This document shows positions 1 through 11,713 of a DNA stretch of 64,000 nt, in pieces. A model generated the notes under the pieces. That model searched no databases and had not been told where the DNA came from. It was given only the letters and a program-made list of their open reading frames with translations. Position numbers and translations under genes: made by a program. Every line of letters starts with the position of its first letter. Position 1 is the first letter of the stretch. This DNA comes from Octopus vulgaris (lineage: Eukaryota): the NCBI GenBank assembly GCA_951406725.2, contig OX597818.1, forward strand, positions 40,734,001 to 40,798,000. Reading direction: 5' to 3'.

Positions 1-190
1 CATTGAAGTGGGTAACTGCAATACCAGAAGATGCAACACATGAAGAAGGTTAGGTTTTATTTTCTCCCGTTTAAAATTATCACGCGTAAACGCGCACACA
101 CATACACTCTAACTTTTCGAATGCATAAGGAACATACGCACACACACACACAAACTCTGTTTTATATACATAGATATATGTATATATGTG

Positions 191-241
<51 letters not shown>

Positions 242-499
242 TATATATATATATGTACAATTGTGTGCGTGTATGTTTGTGTGTGTGTGTGTGTGCACAT
301 ATTTACACTTCCTCATTGTAAACAAGCACATACATTTATACTTCTGTATAAGCCTCTTAGTCTGTGCATGTATTTATTGTGTACGTATGTACACACACAT
401 AGACACATACCCATGCATACATATATGCGTTGTAAATATACAATTGTATACATTCATACATACATATATGCATGCATATATATATATAGTGAATATATT

Positions 500-564
<65 letters not shown>
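500..564. repeat. (GT)n microsatellite in a TA/CA-rich low-complexity block (about 130-565)
   Basis: Perfect dinucleotide run seen directly. Confidence 0.98.
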
Positions 565-566
<2 letters not shown>

Positions 567-1995
567 ATTACACAGTGTATTTTGCATTACCGCTTCAGTC
601 AAATTTGAAATCGTTATTTAGACTAAAGATTGAAAGTTGGTGGGGACTAAAGTGTTTAGTTACACTGCGTCTTCAATGTACTCAGATTCTAAATTTTAAT
701 GTTAACCATACAGCATTGAACGGTTGATAAAGAATCTAGATAAAACACTGCGAATAACAAATATGTAGCGATGAAACGGTGAAGTGTGTACAATGAAAAG
801 GACAACGGTGTGTATATGAATGCTGCTAAAAAGGAGATGGATGTAGTATGATATAGAAGAAAGTTAAGCGTACGGGAAAGTAGAAAAATAGGCGATGGGT
901 AGCAGAAAGAGAAATGTGTGAATCTGTCGCCGATTACAACATGGGATACAATAAGCTTTATTAGTAAAGGTTGTGTTTATTAGAGTAAAGTTTTTTCATA
1001 TGTACACATGTGAATAAATAGGTAAGCATGGGCAAAGAATGAGATGAATACATTGGCGTTGATTGGTTGTAAAACAAGGAGCAAGAAGATGGTTTTAAGC
1101 ACTAGGAAGAAGAGGTTTAAATATATTTATTAGAGAGGGAGAAATGCAAACGAGAATACTGTAAACCAGGTCTTATCATAAAGTAATTGATAAACTGAGA
1201 CGTAAAGAAAAGGGTAAGGAAAAAGAAAGACAGAAAGAAAGGGAAATTAAAAGAAATAGTGAGAGCGGGGGGGAGAGATATGGAAGGAGAGAGAGGTCGA
1301 GGGAGAGAGGGGGAGAGAGATGGAAGGAGAGAGAGGTCGAGGGAGAGAGGGGGAGACAGAGATGGAGGGAGAGAGAGAGAGAGAGAGTCAGAGTTTAAGG
1401 TAAGTAATCGATACATTCTCTTTCTGTTATTTCAATTCCTAAATATCGACTAAAGTTGCTAGAAACGGTTTTAAGCGCATATGCCAAACCTAACAGTGGG
1501 GATATGAAAGTATGTGGCACCAATCGTGATGGATCTGAAAGACACAACAGAATTTTTTTTACGATCGGTTTAAGGCTACAGCCAGATCGAATCTGTACAT
1601 AGATCAGAAGAATGCAGTAGAAAACTACGAGATTTCTTTGGCTGGTAATGTCGTTTGCTCTTCCTTCCATGTGCTGAAAAATTGAAGTTCGGAGATTGCC
1701 TGGAAAAAGTGAAGAATAATGAACAATGACAATCAAAATAGTGAAGCACTATTCCACTTTAGATTGAATGGTATTCGTTTAACAAAGGTAGCGGAATCTG
1801 GAACAATTGAGATAGCTAAAGTCTTAGCCAACAATTCAATGACAAGTGCCTGGTGCTAACAGCAGATTTTGAAGGGGTTATTCTAGTCTTTGACACCGAC
1901 AAAGCTGTCTTGTTGAAGCAAAAAGCAAAAGAAAATCGTTGGCAAAGTAAACAGAAACACTCTTAAATACAAGATAATAATGGGTATTTGTTAGT

Positions 1996-2313
1996 AACAA
2001 ATGTAACATGTTAGTAACAAATGTAACAAATGTAACATCATTGACCGAGGTTACCGTGGTCTTTTCCGTAGGCTTTTCTTCCCACGGATAAACCTTATCT
2101 GGTTCCCCCTTTACACTTTACACCATGACACTGTGATACATGATCCCTATTGATTGTTTTTTTCCCCTTTTTTCCCCCCATTTTCTTCTTTCGCTTTTAC
2201 GATCCCTTTTGATCGAAAACCTAACCCACTTTTTTTCCCCTCCCCCCAAAAGAAAAGCTCTACTTTGTAATCTGTCCCGTCTGTATGCAGCCCTTTGTGG
2301 CTAATAAAGAAAC
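1996..2313 (+). mobile_element. 5'-truncated non-LTR retrotransposon 3' UTR fragment (L1/Tx1-like) with 20-bp target-site duplication
   Basis: Exact direct repeat AATAATGGGTATTTGTTAGT at 1976-1995 and 2314-2333; pyrimidine-rich body ending GCCCTTTGTGGCTAATAAAGAAAC. Clade assignment is inference. Confidence 0.7.
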
Positions 2314-2874
2314 AATAATGGGTATTTGTTAGTGTTTTGCATAACTATTGCTACGCAAAGGCAATGGCTTACACTTTCATACTGGGCTAGGGCTAATGTA
2401 ATGTCAGTTCATCTCTGTGCATCGAAGTGACTACGAAAAAAATTAGAGAAGGAAGTCCGAACCGAAACTAAATTGTTTTAATTACGCATCACACATACAC
2501 ATATAGATGCGTGTGTGTATGAATTTACATTTACGTTAGCTATCCTTCACTTTCTCTTTTTGTTCTCTACGTTTTTCATTCAATCTCTCACTGTGTGTAC
2601 ACGCTTGTGCGGTTGTGTGTCTGTGGTTTCCCATTACATATACTTACCAGAATACATACCTTTATACACACCTATCAACACACTAAAATATATTCAAACA
2701 ATTTAAATTGCGTATTTTTCCGATAGATTCCTTCATCTCTAAAATTGATTCATACTCAATTAAAATTCCTTGGACAGGGACAAAAAAAGTTAATATATAT
2801 GTGTACGGTTGCATTTATATGTGTCTAAACGAAGACATGTACGTATATATGTATGAATGCAAGTACATATATGA

Positions 2875-2930
<56 letters not shown>

Positions 2931-2992
2931 TATATATATATACATATATACATACATATATATATACATACATATATATATATATACATACA

Positions 2993-3026
<34 letters not shown>

Positions 3027-3059
3027 CATACATATATATATATACATATATATATATAT

Positions 3060-3091
<32 letters not shown>

Positions 3092-3290
3092 AGATAATAT
3101 GTATATATATATGTATGTGTGTGTATACACAAATGCGCAGATATAAAGATATATGTATAAGTACATATATATATATGTGTGTGTACATATGTTTGTGTGC
3201 GTGTGTGGATGTATATGTGTATGTATATGTGTATGTATGTATGTATGTATGTATGTATGTATGTATGTATGTATGTATGTATGTATGTAT
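2875..3290. repeat. Compound (TA)n/(TACA)n/(TAGA)n/(TATG)n microsatellite block
   Basis: Seen directly. Confidence 0.97.
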
Positions 3291-4054
3291 ATGCACACAC
3301 TAAAAAAAGAAAGATGCTATGGAACTAGCTTTCTTTTCTTTTCTATTTTCCTCTCATTTGGTAAATGTATCAATCACATCATTATACTAGACTATTAATC
3401 CTGGGAATGAGTCCAAGAAAATATAAACAAGCAAACAACCAATAAAAAGTTAAATAAAATACGACAAAGACAGCAAATAAATAAACTACAGCAGAAGGAA
3501 ATAATTCTTTCATCACAGCCAAAGAGACGGTACAATTTTTCTTTTATTTTTCAACGATTTTCTTTTGTGTCGCTTTACTTATTGATATAAATTTCTTGGT
3601 TTCCTTTTTGGAAATCTATACACTTTATTGTTTAAATTTGTTTCTCTGCAGTGTAATTATTCTTTTTTTTTAAAAAGGGGATATTTTTTTAAGATTTTCT
3701 TTCTATTTTTTAAAAATATTTTATTCCAAACGTATTTATCGTTTTCCTGAATTTTTTTTTTCTCTCCCTTTCAATTGAAATATAAAGAAGTTTTCATTTG
3801 ATGCCATTGGCATTGTTGAATAGTAGTAAATCCGATCTAATTAGTTAAAACTTCAATGCTCTTCATCCGTTTATAACGGTCCCTGCGATTTGTGCCCGCC
3901 AGAAATGCTTAATTTCTCTTATCGATAAGATTTCCCACCATCCTATTCCTAACGACAATAAACAACCAAGTAAACATGCGTACAAATATCTCTATAATGA
4001 AGCTCGGTTATGTCACAGAAAAGTCTACTTTCTTTCCATTATTATACGATTATT

Positions 4055-4119
<65 letters not shown>

Positions 4120-4121
<2 letters not shown>

Positions 4122-4434
4122 GAGGAGTGGCTGTGTGGTAAGGAGCTTGCTTACCAACCACAAGGTCCCGAGTTCAGTCCCACTGCGTGGCACCTTGGGT
4201 AAGTGTCTTCTACTATAGCCTCGGGTCGACCAAAGCCTTATGAGTGGATTTGGTAGATGGAAACTGAAAGAAGCCCGTCGTAAACATGTAAATATATGTG
4301 TATATGTGTTTGTGTGTCGGTGTTTGTCCCCCCAACATCGTTTGACAACCGATGCTGGTGTGTTTACGTCCCCGTAACTTAGCGGTTTGGCAAAAGAGAC
4401 CATTAGAATAAGTACTGGGCTTACAAAGTAAGTG
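4120..4434 (+). mobile_element. tRNA-derived SINE, family A, 3'-truncated
   Basis: A box TGGCTGTGTGG and B-box-like GAGTTCAGTCCC; body matches copies at 17394, 19774 and 61665. Confidence 0.9.
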
Positions 4435-4559
4435 AAGGCAGTCCCATCTCCTTGCTCGCCTCATCTTCTTTTCTGTCTATCAGTCTGTCTATCTACCTAT
4501 CTGTCTACTGCCTCTCTCTCTCTCTCTCTATCTATCTGTCTATCTATCTCTTTCTCTCG

Positions 4560-4599
<40 letters not shown>

Positions 4600-6513
4600 A
4601 TCTATCTATCTATCTATCTATCTTTCTGTCTATCTATCTATCTATCCATCTAGCCATCTATCTGTCTGTATGTCTGTCTGTTTATTTAGCTATCAATCGA
4701 TCGATCGATCTAATTCTCAGTCTGTTTGCCTGTCTGTCTATATGCATGTCTGACTGTCATGCATTCTTTCAATGAGGTATGTATTTAATCCCAAAGCTAG
4801 TAGTTCTGTTGTGAAAGTATTGTTTCGGTTCACACCATTCCTGGTACCATGACGTCTTCTATCACACTGTTTCTTTTACTGCTGTTGTTGTTTATAATTC
4901 TTGACAGGATACCTTCAGATGCACATAACCGATACCTTCTGTATGGACGTATACCAGTGATTATTGACCAGGCAAGATGAGATAAAACAGAGAAATAACG
5001 TACGCTTCAGAGCGTTCTGGATCTCAGAAGATACATAATTTTCATTGCGCCCTTAAATTTTGTATTTTCTTTTCACTAGAGTTTTCTTGAGTTTTATTTT
5101 TTTTTATTCACGAGTGTCGTCAGTGTCCATGATCTTTTTCAGGGTCTTTCAAACTGCTTGATGGAGTTAGAGGAAGGTATCCTCAAACCGATGACCTAGC
5201 CTGAATCAGCAGCGTAGCTAGCAAGTTGGGCGGTCCAGCTTGGAGGATACTTTTAAGGAGGCATCACACACTCTAGCTACGCTAGAAGCTGACTGCTCCA
5301 CTAAAGGTACACAAGGTGCTAGATGATGGTGTCAAAACTGGACGATTGATTAAATCTATAAACCAAATTGTCCAGAGTGGAATTTGATCTCAGAACGCTA
5401 AGGCATCCAATTTGACATTCGTACAGTCCTGGATTAGTATATTTTTAGTGACCCAAAAGGCGGCAAAAGTTGGTCTTGGCGGGATTTCAAGCCAGAACAA
5501 ATACGGGGAACATTCTTTCTGGCGCACTCTATCGACTATGACAGTTTGTATTCCCTGCCATTGGAACGTTATCCACTTATACTGTTTATCAACTATAACA
5601 GTGAAATGCAACGAGGGATCCTCTAAACAGTCACTCCAATTGCTAAATATAATAACTAATTCTTACTCAAATCACATGCTACTGTCGCTATCAACATAAG
5701 GACACGTTAGACAATGCTGTAACCCTCTTCATAAAATTATAGGATAGCAACAGCCGGGTTGATTTAGCTTATCGGCCTGCTGGATCAAGGACTAGTTGGA
5801 GTTAAATGACAATGGAATACATTGTTTAATATGCTGACCAGTTGACAGAGTTAACGCTATTTGATATTTAGACATATATTTAGACATTTTGCCAATTCTG
5901 ATAAAACTCAACGCCACCATAGACGGCCATCCAATGATTTAACAATTTCATTCAATGATTTAACAATTTCGTCAATTTTGTTGGTAATTCTGTCGGCCTG
6001 CTGCTGCCGTTACTCCTATCCTACTGCTACAACTGCTTCTATGCGTCTGTTATTGCAGGCTATCCTTCTGCTGTTATTGCAGTAATCTTACCACCGCTGC
6101 CGTTGCCGCTTTCTAGCCGATACTGCTGCTATCCTCACGCTCTACTGTTCCTGCTGCTTTCATGCGAATGCTGTTGTTGTTCCCTCTGTCAGTCTGCTGC
6201 TGATATTCTTGAAGTTATACAGCTGTCATTGCAGTTACTCTGTCGTTGTTGATGATATTTCCGATGCCGTTGCTGCTATCCTGCTGCAGTCGTTGCTGTT
6301 ATCCGACTGCTATCCTGCTTCTATTGTGCTCTTACTGACAGTCTTGCTGCTATTAGTGCTGTGGCTCCTTTACCACTGTTCTGGCTACTATTCCTACAAA
6401 GGTTCCTATATTGCCAATACTGCTGCTATCCTACTGCTGGTATACTACTGTTGTTCCCGCCACTGCTGTTTTGATGCTGCTTCTATGGTTTTCTATATTG
6501 CTACAGCCACTGT

Positions 6514-7069
6514 CTTCTTCTTCTTCTTCTTCTTCTTCTTCTTCTTCTTCTTCTTCTTCTTCTTCTTCTTCTTCTTCTTCTTCTTCTTCTTCCAATCAGG
6601 ACTCACGCCATTAGCCACAAAGAATAATCTCTAATTCGAGCCTACTCTAAGCTACTAAGAATGCGTATGGCAACTTGAAGATCCAGCCACCACACGCGAT
6701 AGACTGGCGGTTTCACGGGTGCGAAAGATACGTTGTTATCCACATTCTGTAAACGGTGGCTTTTAACGGGTGGAGAGCTGAACCATCCTGGGGTACAGAG
6801 GATTCGCAATCTAGACTAGGGTCTGAAAGTCCACCACACCATAGTGGGTTACACCATGGTTCCTCTGCTTTGTGACAGAAGTAGGAAGAAAGAGTGAGAG
6901 AAAGTTGTGGTGAAAGAGTACAGCAGGGTTCACCCCCGCCCCCGCCGGAGCCTTATGGAGCTTAGGCGCTTTTGCTCAATAAACACTCACAATGCCCGGT
7001 CTGGGAATCGAAACCACGTTCTTACGACCGCAAGTCTGCTGCCCTAACCACTGGGCCATTGCGCCTCCA
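6514..7069 (-). mobile_element. tRNA-derived SINE, family C, with a unique ~280-bp tail and (GAA)n end
   Basis: Minus-strand head GGAGGCGCAATGGCCCAGTGG...GGTTTCGATTCCC; (CTT)n at 6514-6592; 11/13 target duplication CTACAGCCACTGT (6501) vs CTACAGCTGCTGT (7070). Confidence 0.85.
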
Positions 7070-7133
7070 CTACAGCTGCTGTTGCTGCATTCCTACTGCT
7101 GGCACTGCTGCTATTGCTGCTGCTGATGTTACC

Positions 7134-7358
7134 TATTTCTTTACTACCCACAAGGGGCTAAACACAGAGAGGACAAACAAGGACAGACAAACGGATTAAA
7201 TCGATTATATCGACTCCAGTGCGTAACTGGTACTTAATTTATTGACCCCGAAAGGATGAAAGGCAAAGTCGACCTCGGCGGAATTTGAACTCAGAACGTA
7301 ACAGCAGACGAAATACGGCTACGCATTTCGCCCGGCGTGCTAACGTTTCAGCCAGCTT
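7134..7358 (-). mobile_element. SINE family B monomer with 18-bp TSD
   Basis: Core GAGTTCAAATTCCGCCGAGGTCGACTTTGCCTTTCATCCTTTCGGGGTC; TSD GCTGCTGCTGATGTTACC at 7116-7133 and 7359-7376. Confidence 0.92.
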
Positions 7359-7650
7359 GCTGCTGCTGATGTTACCGCAACTGCTGCGGCATTGTTGTTA
7401 CTGCTACTATACAGCTGTTGCTGCTGTTATTGTTGCTGCGGATGATATATTTGTAATATAACAATACATTGGCCATTTATTTTTTGGTCTCTCAGAAGAA
7501 TTTCTTAAAACCGTGCAGAACTCTGCACTGAAATGGTACAACCATTTTAACATACAACCTAGATCTTCCGGAGATTAGATTTCATCAGATAGACTTTAAC
7601 TGGGATCAGTCCCATCTCAACTTTGATTCAGTCTAAATTATAGACAAAAA

Positions 7651-7815
7651 GGAGCAGGTGTGGCTGTGTGATGAGAAGCTTGCTTCCCAACCACATGGTT
7701 CTAAGTTCAGTCCCACCGCGAGGCACCTTCGCCAAGGGTTCCTTACTATAGCGTCGGGACGACAAAAGCCTTGTGAGTGGACTTGGTAGAAAGAAACTGA
7801 AAGAAGCCCATCACA
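7651..7815 (+). mobile_element. SINE family A, 5' portion, diverged
   Basis: Similarity to the other family A heads in the window. Confidence 0.8.
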
Positions 7816-7842
7816 TACATATATGTGTGTGCGTGTGTATAA

Positions 7843-8140
7843 GCAAAAATGGTATTTCTAAAATCTCTCTAAGAGATCAACGCAGTAGTCGTACTGACAA
7901 GTAATATTCATAACCGCTTTGAAATGGCTGTCCGTTCGAGCGGACCCTACTGCGGTTTTGTAATCCCAAGAGGACATCTCCTCTAGCTGGTTAACGATGC
8001 ACAGCATCATCCGATTAAATTGCGAGCAGGGGGGGGGGCAAACACTTACAATCTCCTAGCGACGGGACCAGTAGAATATTACATGTCAGTACAGCTACTG
8101 CGTAGATCTCTTAGAGAGATTTCAGAACTATCATTTTTGC
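7843..8140. mobile_element. MITE-like element with ~67-bp terminal inverted repeats
   Basis: 7843-7909 (GCAAAAATGGTATTTCTAAAATCTCTCTAAGAGATC...) is the near reverse complement of 8074-8140; no clear TSD. Confidence 0.75.
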
Positions 8141-8288
8141 GTGTTGCAAAATCAGCGACTGCATGTTCGCTTGAAATATACAAAATATATATATATATAT
8201 ATATATAACAAAGTTGAGTTGTGGGGTATCGCACGAGTGGAATTATATACGAAAGAAGGTTTGAAAATGCTATTTAAAAGATGTTTAT

Positions 8289-8333
8289 TTACTTAACCGG
8301 TTTCACTCTTTGGAAAAAGATTGTCAAAAGTAA
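8289..8333 (-). ncRNA. Minimal hammerhead-ribozyme-like motif (U3:A8 variant), left-arm copy
   Basis: Reverse complement of 8722-8766. Confidence 0.5.
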
Positions 8334-8721
8334 CATAGAATATTATAAATTCAAAAAAGTTTTTTACATAATTGCCACATTGAATATTATGAATTCAAAA
8401 AAGTTTTTTTTACATAATTGCCACATTACATGTCCTTTTTACCAAAGACTGTATATATATACATGTAATGTGACAATTTGCAACAACCAATAATTAACGC
8501 AACCAAATTTCCAATAATATATTTGTTTTATTCTTTTCTGCCCATTTTTCCAAATATTCTCATCACACTGTTGAACTTCTTTATGCCCTTAACATATCCC
8601 TGTTACCAAAGACTATATTTATACATGTAATGTGGCAATTATGTAAAAAAACTTTTTTGAATTCATAATATTCAATGTGGCAATTATGTAAAAAACTTTT
8701 TTGAATTCATAATATTCTATG

Positions 8722-8766
8722 TTACTTTTGACAATCTTTTTCCAAAGAGTGAAACCGGTTAAGTAA
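8722..8766 (+). ncRNA. Minimal hammerhead-ribozyme-like motif (U3:A8 variant)
   Basis: TTACTT-TTGACAA-TCTTT.TTCC.AAAGA-GT-GAAA-CCG-GTT-AAGTAA: 6-bp stem I, stem II hairpin, palindromic AACCGGTT stem III. Confidence 0.5.
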
Positions 8767-8804
8767 ATAAACATCTTTTAAATTGCATTTTCAAACCTTC
8801 TTTC

Positions 8805-8855
<51 letters not shown>

Positions 8856-8858
8856 TAT

Positions 8859-9332
8859 TGCGTGCAGAGGTGAGCTGCTATCATCTCTAGCAGACGAGGT
8901 GTCCAGTACTGAGGAGTGGCAGAAATAGCCCCCAATCCAGGACTAGTCTACCGGTCCCATCTCTAGGAGATAGTAGGAGTTCGCTCCCCTGCTCGCTGTT
9001 TTATAGGATGCTACTGTGAATTGTTAACCAGTTGGAGGAGTTGTCCTATTGGGGTTAAAAAATCGCAGTAGAGTCCGCTCGAACGAACAGCCGTGTTAAA
9101 GTGACTACGAATATGACTTATATATGTATACGATTATGAATTTGCGTTAAGCAAAGAAAGAATACAGACGAAGACGGAAAGTGTCGCCGAAGAGGTCACA
9201 GATGTGTGGCGAGAGATTTCCGGACAATGGACATGAGCTAGAATAAGAAGAATAATAGACGAGTGGAGAACGAATATATAGTGCGTGTGTTTATTGGGGA
9301 AATAACAAAAATGGCCACCCCGAAATACAACA
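8859..9332. mobile_element. Candidate solo LTR (TG...CA, 474 bp) inserted in (TA)n
   Basis: Starts TG at 8859, ends CA at 9332, ATAT on both sides; AATAAA and TATATA on the minus strand. No internal domain seen. Confidence 0.45.
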
Positions 9333-9345
9333 ATATATATGTGTT

Positions 9346-10547
9346 TTGGGTTGGCAACTAAGTTACCGCCGTTTTTTTTTAATTTAATTTTTTAAAAAGG
9401 TGTAATTAAAAGTAACAACTAATTAATCAATAATGTATTCACCCTTCGTGTTTACAACTTCTTCCCAACGTTCGACAAGATTTTCAATACCTCGTTGGTA
9501 GAAATCACCTGATTTCGACTCAAAATATTGATCCAACCAAGCTCTCAATTTTGCATCAGTATTGAACAAAACTGCGCATAGCATTTGAAAGAGATCGAAA
9601 GAGGTGGAAATCTGTTGGTGCCAAATCAGGAGAGTGCGGCAGGTGTGGCAGCACTTCCCAGCCATGCGTTTGAATGGCTTCCTTGGTCGTATTGACGATA
9701 CGAAGCCGGGCGTTGTCGTGCAGCAGAAGAACTCCATGCTGCCGATTAGGTCTTTTCTCTTGAATAGCCGTTTTGAGTCGTTCCATCTGTTGACCGTTTG
9801 GTTCCATTCAAGCAATTCGTAATCCCTTCCCTGTCCCACTATATGCACAACATCGTTTTACGCGGATGAAAAATTTGTTTTACGCGGATGAAAAACTTGT
9901 TTCACGCGCGGTGTAGCTTGTTTACCGGGGCTAGATCATTACTTACGCTGCTTCATATTGATGTAAAGGCACCATTTTTCGTCGCCAGTAACGACTCGCT
10001 AAAGAAATCGTTGTTTGTGTCCATGAGTTGAGTGGTGACGAGCAAGCAAACCAGCGGAGATTGTGGCTGTTTGATTTTTGTTGTTGTCACTTAAAGCATG
10101 CGGAACACATGCTCCATGCTTCTTAAACTTTCTCATCGAGTGAAGATGCTCCTCTATAGCAGTGTGGGATCATTCCATTTTCTCTACCAGCTCCTTGTCG
10201 TTTGATAAGAATTTTCGCGCAAAAGTTGGTTGAATCGCTCTTCATCGAACTCAACTGGATGGCCAAAAGGAGGTGCATCTTTGAGGTCAATATTTCCATT
10301 TTTGAACTTGAGTTACCAATCACAAGTAGTTTTATCAGCTATGGCACCCTCTCCATACACAGCACAAATGTCGCGAGCAGCTTTTGCGGCCTAGGAACCT
10401 TGCTTAAAAGTAAAAAGAAGGTGTCGAAAATGCTCGTTTTTCTTAACTTGACATTCCATTTGAATGATCTGAAGATAAACAAAAATTAACTAAAATTAAC
10501 TAGAGAAAAAAAAAAGAAAATAGTTTCAAAAATTAAAAAACCCAATA
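9346..10547 (-). mobile_element. Mariner (DD34D) DNA transposon with degenerate transposase
   Basis: Transposase remnants from the ATG at 10459 (MECQVKKNEHFRH...), VTGDEKW, HDNA...HSPDLAPTDFHLF with D34D spacing, C-terminus YQRGIENLVERWEEVV; stops and frameshifts; TIR TTGGGTTGGCAACTAAGT at 9346 with only a remnant (AACCCAATA) at 10539-10547. Confidence 0.95.
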
Positions 10548-10681
10548 AATTCCAAAATTTAAAAATCTTAGCGCTCCACTAGCACTAATGCCAGACACCA
10601 AATTTGATTTCGATTTCGATTTCACTTGCCTCAATAGGTCTTCGCAAGCAGAGTTTAGTGTCCAAGCAGTGTTTAGTGTCC

Positions 10682-10756
<75 letters not shown>

Positions 10757-11063
10757 GTATATGTGTGTGTATGTGTGTGTGCTTGTGTGTGTGTGCGTGT
10801 GTTTGTGTGCGTGTGTGCGTGCGTGTGTGTGTGTAGCTAATTTGGATCATATTAATACTGGAATGTGTATGGTATGTGAATCACTCAGAAATTACCTGCT
10901 GATATTAATGCACAGAAACAATTGTAGTGATTTGGATTACAGCCTGTTCATTGCAACATGTTGAACATACACACACAAACACACACGCATAAACACTCAC
11001 CCACACACGCATATGTGTGTGTGTGTGTGTGTGTGTGTGTTGAATCTGTTGAGTAGTATTTCC

Positions 11064-11112
<49 letters not shown>

Positions 11113-11583
11113 TGCCTGGTGCATACATGAGCTTACACACGTAGACACATTCACCACACAACTATTCAAATGTGTATATGTGTATATGTGCGTGTCTGTG
11201 CATATATGTGTATGCATGTCTATATGTGGACATGCCTATATCTGCATAAGTATAGTCATTGGATATGAATACAGTCGTAAGTATTCATAAATTTGCTTGC
11301 AGAGCGTGTAGAATGTTTTTTTGTGTTGAAATAAGCGGATAGTTTCTTTCACCAAGTGTCAAATTGAAGGTAATTTTGAGAACTAAACCAGTTGCAAGCT
11401 ACTTGAGACTCTTCATAACACAATGAATGTACGTTGCAACAAATGAATTATTGAATGTGTACTTCGAAATATTTTTAAAATGCTTTTAAAAGAATTGATT
11501 TGCGAATATCTTTTTTGCGGGGAAGGAAATGTTTAAATGTTTCGCTTTGGCCTCCATCAGGAAGGAAAATTTTGGCATTGTTC

Positions 11584-11661
<78 letters not shown>

Positions 11662-11713
11662 ATATATATATATATACATATATACATATATATACATATA
11701 TATATATATATAT

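Larger units (their letters stand above)
8244..8811. repeat. Foldback with ~190-bp near-identical inverted arms (8244-8433 and 8623-8811), Penelope pLTR-like
   Basis: Arms read as reverse complements; bounded by (TA)n; each arm carries a hammerhead-like motif followed by AATAAA. Confidence 0.85.

Noticed and set aside
4895-4980. Plus-strand acceptor TTCTTGACAG with a short open frame
   Set aside because: No canonical donor, an early stop and no recognisable homology.
5990-6510. Hydrophobic 141-aa ORF resembling a membrane protein
   Set aside because: Derived from a degenerate CTG/CTA low-complexity tract and the (CTT)n SINE tail.
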